DNA from: Andalucia godoyi And28
Taxonomy: Eukaryota; Protista; Jakobida
NCBI GenBank assembly: GCA_009859145.1
Contig: VRVR01000021.1
Coordinates: 9,507 to 73,506 of the forward strand
Direction of reading: 5' to 3'
Length of the DNA: 64,000 nucleotides
Of the stretch, positions 1 to 9,312 are shown in pieces; within the stretch, counting starts at the first letter, position 1; each line of letters begins with the position of its first letter. The position numbers and the translations under genes were made by a program. The notes beneath the pieces were generated by a model. It was not told the DNA's origin. It did not search any database and saw only the letters and a list, made by a program, of their open reading frames with translations.

Positions 1-2
1 AT

Positions 3-374
3 GTGGCATTGACGGTCAGGAATCGACTGCCCGGAACAAAGAGTGCCGGTTCTGAATCTTTGGTGCCTCCTGTGCCAAAGGACGACCTGACAGCGGAACA
101 CATCGAGTTTCGAATATTGGAGTTGGAAAAGGATTGCCAGGAAATTCGAAAACAAAAGGAAGAGCAAATTGCGGAACTGAAAAAAAGGAAAATTAGGTAC
201 GCCTCTCAGAATCGCAACTTGGAAGCCCCCGGCGGGGATTTATTGAGTGTCCAGAATCAAGCGCAGGCCCTCGATGTGGCGTTCAAGAAGAAGCGGGTCC
301 AAATACGGCAGTTGCGCTGCCAACTGAAGAGCCAAAAAGTTTGTGACCAACAAGATGTACATCAGGAAGACTAA
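3..374 (+). CDS. 3' end of a coiled-coil protein truncated by the window edge
   Basis: Open frame from the window edge to TAA at 372-374; heptad-like E/K/Q-rich segment ILELEKDCQEIRKQKEEQIAELKKRK; no recognised family. Confidence 0.45.
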   Translation: MALTVRNRLPGTKSAGSESLVPPVPKDDLTAEHIEFRILELEKDCQEIRKQKEEQIAELKKRKIRYASQNRNLEAPGGDLLSVQNQAQALDVAFKKKRVQIRQLRCQLKSQKVCDQQDVHQED

Positions 375-562
375 TTAACAAAAAGTTGCTCAGCATGATG
401 CATAGGTGATGTGGAACACGCGAAAGAAGTGCACTATTTGGTGCGATTGTGGCGTCACCGTGTATACCCGGATCACGCTTTGGTGATGCCTGCATGTGGT
501 AGAGTAAAAGAAAATGAAGACGACTTGGTGATGTAATGGTGACATTTTTATTCAATAGTGAA

Positions 563-920
563 CTGGAGATACGAGAGTAGGAAGAGGCGATAGGCGTAGT
601 GACACGCGGTCTCTTAATAGGTCTGCGGGACCTAGGAGGCCCTGTATCGAGCGGCGCAGGCGTAGGCGAATGCGTCATCGCAGCGCACTCACGCCCATAT
701 TTGAATTTAAAAGTGAAACCAACGAATGATAGAATAGATGGCTACGGATGCTGCGTTAAAGAGTGTCGAAAATGCAGAGCCTGTGTCACCGGCTGAATTC
801 TGGCCGAGCGTGCGGAAGCACGGATTCCCTGTGAAACAAACGTGCTAGTGTCGGCCAGTGTCGACCGTGTCTGATTATGATACTTCCGTATGCATGACAA
901 TGACGCGTTATTATTATTCA
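563..920 (+). repeat. Dispersed intergenic repeat family 1, copy A (about 355 bp)
   Basis: Reverse complement of 16282-16634; about 17 substitutions and 3 indels over the first ~310 bp by manual alignment; ends in a short (TTA)n tail. Confidence 0.95.
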
Positions 921-1052
921 GTGGTATTCTGACCGATGCGCTCTAATGCTAGACTTCCAGTGTATCAAACGTTTCGTTTTTTGCCCTTCTGAGGATTGTT
1001 TCTTGGGATTAATGCTCGTCTGCTGTTAGTATTGTACATCACAACCTGTCGA

Positions 1053-2588
1053 ATGCTTGACACACTTTCTGTTGAGGAGCAGGAGTCCATAAAATGTCAA
1101 GGAGCAGAACTTTGGAAGCTCGTTGAAAGTCGAAAATGGGAATTGATACACAACGGCAATCCACTTGTGTACCCTTTGGCCTGTTTTCCGGTTGGGCTGA
1201 CAGCTGAGAGATTGGAAGCACAATTGGCGTGCAAATTTCCTTCGGAAATCTCCCGTCCAGACGATCTGCAAAATTGCATTGATGAGATGATGGAGATGGC
1301 AACGGACTCTTCTCGAGTATTCCCATTTCTCTTAGGTGTAATTCTGGAAGGTATGCCATTGGATCTTTTGAGGAATGTTGTCAACGACACACACGAATTC
1401 CTTTTGGGTTCATCGCCAGCTACCGCAGTTGAACGTTACACTACCGTTTTGTCCACTTTGCAGCCTGCAGTGACGTTGGCCATTCATCTCCGAGAACGAG
1501 AAATTGGAAGTGAACTGCACAAAGCGTTTGTTTCCGTCTCTCACGGACTGCTTACCAGGGTACTGCTTCCCGCATTGTCAAGTTCTATTGCTTCCGTTCC
1601 TGATCTTGTTCTTTCCTTCAGATGGAAGATCAGATCATGGATTCCGTTTGTTGGTATGTTGGCACCTTCAGACACCATTCGAATTTACAAGAACGGGGAC
1701 CGAATTCGATTCGATTGGACCATTGCGGGCGCTGATGAAAGGGGAAAGCTGGAGAGAGGATTGTGCTCGATCATTGTTACGAACTCCTCAGTTGTCCAAG
1801 TGTTCCATCACGAAGGCTGGTTTATGAATTCTCTGCAAGCCATGGAGGAAAACACTCTGGAGGCTTCGTCGCGTGTCATCTGCTCTGAGATTTCGCAACT
1901 GTCGAAAGAAGACGAACCCGTAGAAGGTAAACCAAGAGGTGGTGCTTTCACCGTGGAATGGGATGTGACGAACCTGTCGTGGAATCCCAAGACAAGATGG
2001 TGGTCAAGCTCCAACCAATCAGTTATTGCTGGCTGGAATTGTGGGGCATATCAACTGTCGGGGATTGTGATGAAGAAATACCAGCAGAGTCTCCCCACTG
2101 GTTCTTCTTCGAATGTTGCGAATGACTCTGAAGATGCGCGGAAATCTTTGGTCTCGGAAAAGTCCCTGACTTCCACTCTCTGGCTTAGTCCGGAGTTCCC
2201 GATCCAACCACGCCACCTGTGTTCGTTGTTAGATCTTGTCATTACTGCGGTTTCCACGAATTCTAGAGAGGAAAAGGACATCTTACCACTCCGGCAGTTT
2301 CGATCGTTGATTTCGGAAAAGTTTGATGGCTTTCCCGTCCAGTTTGATGTTCCCGTTTTCCCAGGCACTTCTCTATTTGGCTCAGTTAGGGACGTTCACC
2401 TCGGCTGCGAGGATGCTTCGGTCTGGTGCCTTCCGGAGTCGTACGTATGCATGCGAAATCCAGACGATGTCCGAAAGTTTCGGTCCGAGGTAGCTTCTGG
2501 TACGAGAATCCATCCCTCCAGAATAACAGCTTCATTGCATGAAGACATCCCCGATGGGGAATTTACAGAAATAGATGATCCATCATGA
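1053..2588 (+). CDS. ANKRD13-family protein (GPCR-chaperone domain)
   Basis: PDLVLSFRWKIRSWIPFVGMLAPSDTIRIYKNGDRIRFD and LWLSPEFPI...GFPVQFDVPVF match ANKRD13 C-terminal domain motifs; first ATG at 1053. Confidence 0.78.
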   Translation: MLDTLSVEEQESIKCQGAELWKLVESRKWELIHNGNPLVYPLACFPVGLTAERLEAQLACKFPSEISRPDDLQNCIDEMMEMATDSSRVFPFLLGVILEGMPLDLLRNVVNDTHEFLLGSSPATAVERYTTVLSTLQPAVTLAIHLREREIGSELHKAFVSVSHGLLTRVLLPALSSSIASVPDLVLSFRWKIRSWIPFVGMLAPSDTIRIYKNGDRIRFDWTIAGADERGKLERGLCSIIVTNSSVVQVFHHEGWFMNSLQAMEENTLEASSRVICSEISQLSKEDEPVEGKPRGGAFTVEWDVTNLSWNPKTRWWSSSNQSVIAGWNCGAYQLSGIVMKKYQQSLPTGSSSNVANDSEDARKSLVSEKSLTSTLWLSPEFPIQPRHLCSLLDLVITAVSTNSREEKDILPLRQFRSLISEKFDGFPVQFDVPVFPGTSLFGSVRDVHLGCEDASVWCLPESYVCMRNPDDVRKFRSEVASGTRIHPSRITASLHEDIPDGEFTEIDDPS

Positions 2589-2593
2589 CAAAA

Positions 2594-2872
2594 TTACGTC
2601 TCCGCAGAGGGGGGAGCGGTTGGTCGCAAAGAAGGGCTTGACGCTTGGACTGCAGCAGCAGCAATCGCAGCGGCGGCTGCGAGTTGTTGTTGTTGCTGAT
2701 TCTGAACAGGAACAGGCGCAGGCGTAGAAGCAAACGACGGGGACTGGTGCGCAGGCAGTGGAGACTGTCCGGCCTGCTGGACACCACCTCCCGTTACAAT
2801 GGGCGTTTGAGTTTGTAATCCTGTTTGTGAATGAGGATGGTGATGAATCTGCTGCTGCTGTTGTTGTTGTTG

Positions 2873-2905
<33 letters not shown>

Positions 2906-5900
2906 TTGTTGTTGTTGTTGCTGCTGCTGGGGGTGGTGATGCTGCAGATGGGGCTGCTGACCTTGAACATGCTGCGCTTGCTGTTGCATGACAGCTTGCC
3001 GAGCAATTGCTGCACGCGCGGCGGCCTGCGAAGCCTGGGAAGACGCAGCAACAGCAGCTCGACCGCTGATGGGAGCCGAAGGGGTGCCCCGCGATACCCC
3101 AGCGGTTCCCGTAGCATGAGATCCAACTGCAGCACTTGCAGTTGGTCCAGGGTTAGTTGATGTGCCACTCATCTGTAACTGCATGCGGTGCTGATGTTGC
3201 TGCGATGGTGGTGGCGGAGGTTGTTGCTGCTGCGATTGTGGTTGTTGCGGTTGTTGTTGTTGTTGTTGCGGTTGTTGTTGTTGTTGCTGCTGCTGCTGCT
3301 GTTGAGAAATCTTTTGTAAATAAATTGCCTGGGCCTGCTGAGGTGTCGTTCCAGCTGGAACAGCATAGCTTCTACCATTTGGAAGCGTCAACACTGTCTG
3401 TCCATTCGCTGTCTGCTGCACAATTATCTTAGGTGGAGGAGCGTTGGGGGGATTGCTTGCAGATGCTGGCCCACTGGCACCTGCAGGAACTGGAGCAGAC
3501 GACGTCAAGACACGCTGTCGCTGCGGGACTGACAAACCGCTGCTTCCAGATGCTGCTGATGAACTCGAACCAACAGAGGATGGCACAGGCATCGTAATTG
3601 GCATAGGTGTGATTGCGGGTGTCGGTTGGCCGGGAGGGCCAGCAGAGGTCGCTGTTGAAGCAGGAAGTGTCAACGACGGCGTCGATGCAACGTTACCATG
3701 TCCTGTGGGGGCAGCTGGCAAAGATCCCTGCGGAGCACCTCCCCCTGGTCCTCCAACAGCCGGCAGCGCAGAACCCGATGCCTTGATCGGTTGGATGAAG
3801 ACGTCTTTCGAACAAGTAGCCTGTCCATATCGGCAATACAGGTGCTTGAACTGTCGAACAAACCACTCCATTTCCGTTGTATTCGACAGATGGATTCGCC
3901 GTGTTCTTCGAGGAATACCATCAAACTGTACTGGTTGAGAACCAAGATTTTGAGATGTCGGAGGAGCATCCTGTTCAGAAATATTGCATTCGTACTTCCC
4001 ACAAGACAAACTCTTAATTTCAAGATTGCAGAGAGAATTCTTGGCTGAAAAGCTGACTAGGCGCACCAGCCTCGAGTCTTCCGCCAATGGCGCGTCCACA
4101 ACCCATGGTCGCAGCACACGATCGAGCAAGTTGATGAACTGTCCCGGTTTAGGATGGCTTTTCACGGTTGTGACTTTCATGCCCTTCACTGTTTTCCTAG
4201 TTTTTGATTTCGAAGATGCCAACGCAGTGAGGAGACTGGAAGTGGATGCAAGCGTTCCAGCACCAAAACCAAACGTTGATGTTTGTGCAGGCGGTTGGCT
4301 TTGGGATTCTCCGGCTCCAGTCCCAGCCCCAGTCCCAGTCCCAGTCCCAGCCCCAGTCCCAGTCCCAGCTTCCGATTCATCATCTTGATGAGCAAGTTTG
4401 CTGCCCGTTTCTTCATCTGCACCATCTGTTTCTACATCCATAGACTCTGGCGCTGCAGCCGGAATTCCAGTTGGTGCTGAGCTGTGAGACGACATCGATG
4501 AAGACGCTGAAGACGCGGTTGCAGAGGACTTCGCAAGGTAGCGAAACAGAGGAAACGATGTCTTGCGCGTCTCCGCGGGTAGCAAGGAATTCGGAGTTCC
4601 GCCCGGAGAAAAGAGAAACGACTGAGAATCTGCAAAAACCGCTGAAAGATCGGACTGCAATAAATATTCCGAGAGAACATCGTTTGCAGAGTGCGAAAGT
4701 GACTGCGACGTTCCCGCCATGCTTTGAGACTTGGACAAGAGCGCACCACTCGTGCACGAAGGATCCGGCATCAACTCCACATCCGTAGAAGAGAGCGACT
4801 TCAAATACTGCATGAGAATTGAAGATGTCGGGTGGAACGGATGGCTTCCAGATATGCCGGTGCCAGAAGATCCAGCCCTCGCATTTTTCCTCGCTGGCTT
4901 CGAGGAAGGCCCTGATGGAACAGAAACAGGGCACGAATTAAGACTGGTTGTCGGAAAGACGACGTTGCCCGAGGAAAACGAGATCGCGTGGTGAAACGGA
5001 GTTTTTGCTGAGTGGGCCTGGTGAAAGGACGAAACGTTCTGCAATAACAGCTGGTTGGCCAACACGGAGTCAGCATCCGAGGCGTGCAAGGACATCAAAT
5101 GTCTGGAGAACAACAAGGGAAAACGAGAAGAGGGAAAAACAAGAACATCACGACTGTTTGACAACCTTTTCTGAGAGGGCTCGACATACAAATTCCCACT
5201 GCAATCATGTGTGTTTAAAGAATTGAGAACTATGCGCTGCATTAACGGAACATCGGCAACAGATGAGACAACAGCATTCAGGGGAATGCGCAGCAGCACG
5301 TTGAACTCCTTGCAATCATTCGCGGATACCACTTCCTCTGTCGGACGAGGAATGTTCTGGGGAGGGACTGGCATGGTGAATACTTGTCCTGGAACAATTC
5401 CGGAAAAAGATGTAGGAGATGGCATCATGACGGAATTCAGAATTTCGTCGATGTCCATGGAAGAGGCAGAGTTTGCGTTGTCCTCCGCGACAGATGAAGA
5501 CGCTGCTAGTGGCTGCGGCAGCGCAGAGGAACTTGGAGAACAAGAGGTTAACAAAGGAGCAGCCTTCTTCCGAGAAGCAAACGAAGTTTGGCGCTTATCA
5601 ATGACGCGCATCAAAACACTTCCATTCTGGAGGCCGTCTGTCCCGGCCATTTCAAGAATCTCAGAAGCAAAAGCATTCGGAACGAGTCCCGCATGGAGAA
5701 ACTGCAACATTGAAGCGCCAAAATCGGAATGCCGGCCTGTTAGTACCATATCTCCGCGGGACAGCGTCCAATCCTCGTCCGTTACCACTATCTGCAACGA
5801 AGCACCTCCGTCTGCAGAAGGCACTGCTCCAGATGTCCGTTCTACAAACGACAGGATGTCCGAGCCACTATTCAGTCCAAGATCTTCAATCCCCGTGAGC

Positions 5901-6085
5901 TCATTTTCAGGAACCGGTCTCGTGCTCACTATTCCTGAAAGTGAGCAAGGGTCACTGCGACGGATTCGCTTCGTAGCGGTGGAGAGCACAGGTTCGAAAG
6001 ACACAACTGCCTCCGGACCAAACAACTCACTCGTCGTTCGTTTGAGCCGGTCTTGAACATCATGTGCGAGGGCTCGGAGCGCCAT
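2594..6085 (-). CDS. Spt20-like SAGA complex subunit with long low-complexity and polyQ C-terminus
   Basis: FLHAGLVPNAFASEILE...LQNGSVLMRVIDKR resembles the Spt20 domain (FLxxxxxxxLP...NGCVIxEIxDxR); likely ATG at 6085 (MALRAL); Q-rich tail. Confidence 0.62.
2844..3305 (-). repeat. Two coding CAA/CAG polyglutamine tracts
   Basis: (GTT/GCT)n runs on the + strand at about 2844-2930 and 3200-3305, in frame with the Spt20-like ORF. Confidence 0.95.
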
Positions 6086-6577
6086 TTTCCCGTTGCTCGG
6101 CTTCAACCTATCGACAGAACCAGTCAGCAATGCACAGAAACAAAGCGAAAATGAACTAGAAAAAGAGAGAAAGAAAGGCAGCATCGAAGACGTGCAACAA
6201 CAAAAAAAGAAAAGAAAAAAAAGAAAAGAGTTTGCTAATGTTTTTCGGTTCTCTTGGGGAGCGGGAAGTACAGCAGGTTGCACAATCAAAACGGCACCGA
6301 CAGTTGTCTCAAGTGAGGACAACACTGACCGTTTCGTTCTCTCGTTCATTGGCTTTCCCTTTCGTGGTCCCGAATGAAGCATACGTACGAGAAGAAGAAG
6401 AAGAAAAAAAAACGGAAAGCGACAGCAAACCGACTGATTCAGAATTTCTGGTTTAGTTTGTGCTCAACAAATTGCATTTTTGTGAATTCGGTTATTCATC
6501 TACATATATTAAATCATAATAATAATAATTGTTATTATTATATATATTTTGGTTTGTAGAGCGTGCATTCGTCAATT

Positions 6578-8818
6578 ATGCTGGAAAAGGACTTGATTCG
6601 GCACTGCACATCGTTGATCTCCGAGTTCAACCCGAATAGAACCACCGTTGATGCATTCGCAGAGGAGTACTTTGAAAACCAACGGCTGAAGGACGATGAG
6701 AATGCTTGCATGTTCCTTACACAAATCTTGTACAATCTTACTAGATACTCAAAGCTACTTGATCGATGCATGGACGTGTTCTTCGCCTCGAATAAGGAGG
6801 CACAGAGATCGGATGACCTTGTTTATCGGGTCTTGTTTTACCTTGCCTACTTCCGACTGGACGAGCTGGGTTTTTCCAGTTTTTCTTCGCTTGTTCTTTC
6901 TAATCAAATTCCCAAAATGCTTGTTCTTTTGCGTTTTATGTGGAATGAAGATGATCAGCATTCCAAGCTGAAGCCCATCTTTTTGCAATACTTCGATGTT
7001 ACCTATGTTGACGAGAATTTGATTTCGGCAATCGCCGCGTTCGCTCCGAATGCTACGGATCTCATCCACAAAATGGAAAGCAAGATGACGGGCTCCTCGG
7101 ATGTTTCTGCCATGGACACTAAGAATACTGTCACTGTTCCCCAACCATTTCAGCTCACGCGACCGAGGTTGAAGATTCTCCCTGAACCGATGGAAATTGA
7201 GACCGTGTTCAAGGCTTCTCCAGTCCCAAAATCGTTGTATGAAGGCCCAAAAAAATTGGAAAAGAAGTTGCAGGAAGCAAAGGAGCAGGCGCGACAAGCG
7301 GTGGAGAGCAAGATGCGACAAGCTTCTGCACCACGCCTGCGTACCGCCGAGCGTTCTCGGCCTGTGGTGATTTCAGAGAGCGACACCGCTGCGTCTTCCT
7401 TTAAAGCAAAGGATCTCGAAGATGTGAAACGCAAGATGCAGCAGATAGATGCTCCTGTGAGAATGAATGCTGCAGCGATTCTCCGCGAAGACACTGTGTA
7501 CAAAAAGAAGCAAGCGCAGGACGCTGAAGTTCTACGAAAGTATGAGAGTGACCTCAGAGATGCATCGGAATTCTACGAATGGCAGTCCAGGACCCGTGCT
7601 CAGGATGACGCAGAGAGAAATGCCGATGTGGAACGACGCAAGCTTGAGATCCTTCTCTCGGACATGGAAGCTCGGGAAGCTCGGGAGAAGAAGCAAGCGG
7701 AATTGAAGCAGTTAGTTGAGAAGGAAAAGGAAGCGACAGAAAAGGAGATGAATGAATTGAAGAAAAAACAACAGATGGAGGTGATTGACAAGAAAATAGC
7801 TGCAGAAGAACTGAAGCAGTTACTTGCAGAAAAACGGGCTGAAGCTCTGCGAAAAGTGCAAGAGGAAAAGGAGCGTGAAGCAGAAAAGATTCGCATTGAA
7901 AGAAGAGAGGCAGAAATCAGAATTGCAGAGGAGCTGGAGGCTGAGAGACAACGGAAAGAGAATCTAATCCGACAGATCCGTGCATTGGAAAAGGTTCCGT
8001 CCGCTTCCTCAAGAATCGCTAAAGTCTTTGATCCCACTGAGAGTTCGGGAATTGGTCTGCTGGATGAGATGTCTCTAGCCGAGTTGCATGAGCGGCTTTC
8101 ATTTCTCAAAGAACAAAAGACTATTGAAGAAGAGCAGAAACGGCAAGAAATCATTTCTGATAAGCAGCAAAAGGAGCTTGTTTTGAAACAGAAGGCAGAA
8201 TCCATTGCACATTTCCGAAACATGGCTCGACAGGATGCAGTTCTGCAGCGAGAAAAAAAATTGGAGGAGGAGCGGCAAAAGAAGGAATTGGCAGATATCA
8301 TTCGGAATAAGGAGTTGCAAGCGCTGTCAGATAAGCTTGCGAGAAAAAGAGATGCCGCGAAGAGTCACAAGGAACAGTTGCAAGAAGAAGAACGACTGAA
8401 GCGGCAGCAATCTCAGTTTCTTGCGGCGGACAAAGCGGCTCGAGAAGAGCAGCACTTCAGACGCACGCAAGCAGGCGTAGAGCGGCAGACAGTGTCGAAT
8501 GTTGAAACGCAAGAGAGGGCGATGGATGCTGCCACTTTGATGAAGAACAGACTGTCTGAGCAGAAGACTTTGAACAGCAAGCGCGATGCGGACCAAAAGA
8601 ACGCAACTCGATCGGCGTCCGATGAAGCGTTTGTGGCATCAAAGTCTGAACGGAAAGCGATGGATGCTCAACTGAGATCAACGATGCGGCAGAACGCGGC
8701 CGCGATTCGCTTGTCCGAAAAGAATTCTTCCCGTTTGAAGAACGGTGTTGCTGGAGATGTAACCGCGGAAAGACGCACGGAGTTGGAATCGCAACTCGTT
8801 CCTTCGCGCTATCACTGA
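6578..8818 (+). CDS. CFAP99: Cilia- and flagella-associated protein 99-like
   Basis: N-terminal helical domain (YRVLFYLAYFRLDELGF), TVPQPFQLTRPR motif, MNAAAILRED and a long E/K coiled coil. Confidence 0.68.
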   Translation: MLEKDLIRHCTSLISEFNPNRTTVDAFAEEYFENQRLKDDENACMFLTQILYNLTRYSKLLDRCMDVFFASNKEAQRSDDLVYRVLFYLAYFRLDELGFSSFSSLVLSNQIPKMLVLLRFMWNEDDQHSKLKPIFLQYFDVTYVDENLISAIAAFAPNATDLIHKMESKMTGSSDVSAMDTKNTVTVPQPFQLTRPRLKILPEPMEIETVFKASPVPKSLYEGPKKLEKKLQEAKEQARQAVESKMRQASAPRLRTAERSRPVVISESDTAASSFKAKDLEDVKRKMQQIDAPVRMNAAAILREDTVYKKKQAQDAEVLRKYESDLRDASEFYEWQSRTRAQDDAERNADVERRKLEILLSDMEAREAREKKQAELKQLVEKEKEATEKEMNELKKKQQMEVIDKKIAAEELKQLLAEKRAEALRKVQEEKEREAEKIRIERREAEIRIAEELEAERQRKENLIRQIRALEKVPSASSRIAKVFDPTESSGIGLLDEMSLAELHERLSFLKEQKTIEEEQKRQEIISDKQQKELVLKQKAESIAHFRNMARQDAVLQREKKLEEERQKKELADIIRNKELQALSDKLARKRDAAKSHKEQLQEEERLKRQQSQFLAADKAAREEQHFRRTQAGVERQTVSNVETQERAMDAATLMKNRLSEQKTLNSKRDADQKNATRSASDEAFVASKSERKAMDAQLRSTMRQNAAAIRLSEKNSSRLKNGVAGDVTAERRTELESQLVPSRYH

Positions 8819-9312
8819 AGAATGGTTGATGATGTTCCATAGATGTAACGACACCGTGTCATGTTCGTCGATTGGTCGTTATTATTATCTTCAAGAAGGC
8901 GACGTGAACGGAACAGTGAGCAGTAGAAGAAGAAGATCTGGGACGACGTTGCCATCAACATTCACGACTCAACAAAAGGTTTACAACTCGGCTTCTTGCA
9001 ATCATCGCCAAGAAGGAGGAGGGATATGCTCTGTTCACACGCTACCCTCAATGCATTGTGAAAATTTCAGAGCCCCCGAGCACAAGGTACTGCACTTGCA
9101 AAAACAATCGAGACATGTGGTTTAAAACAACATTGAAATCAAGCGCTGCGCGGAGTTGCGGACGTCCAGAAAGCAAGGCGCTTTGCATCCATATTCGTAA
9201 AATGGAGCTTGTGTTGCGCAAACGATTTTGTTCTTTGCGTCAGTCGCCACACACACACACACACACACACGGAACCGACATTGCAATTCATGAATAAAAC
9301 ATGCTAACAACG

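Noticed and set aside
588-670. TAGGCG repeats as telomere-like sequence
   Set aside because: Only a few scattered units inside the repeat, not an array
806-828. GAGCGTGCGGAAGCACGGATTC resembles group II intron domain V
   Set aside because: Far too short, lacks the bulged 34-nt geometry and has no downstream domain VI
809-849. Helitron 3' end (hairpin followed by CTAG-T or CTGG-T)
   Set aside because: Homology between the copies continues about 70 bp past CTRR, and the hairpin is about 22 nt away, so this is not the element boundary
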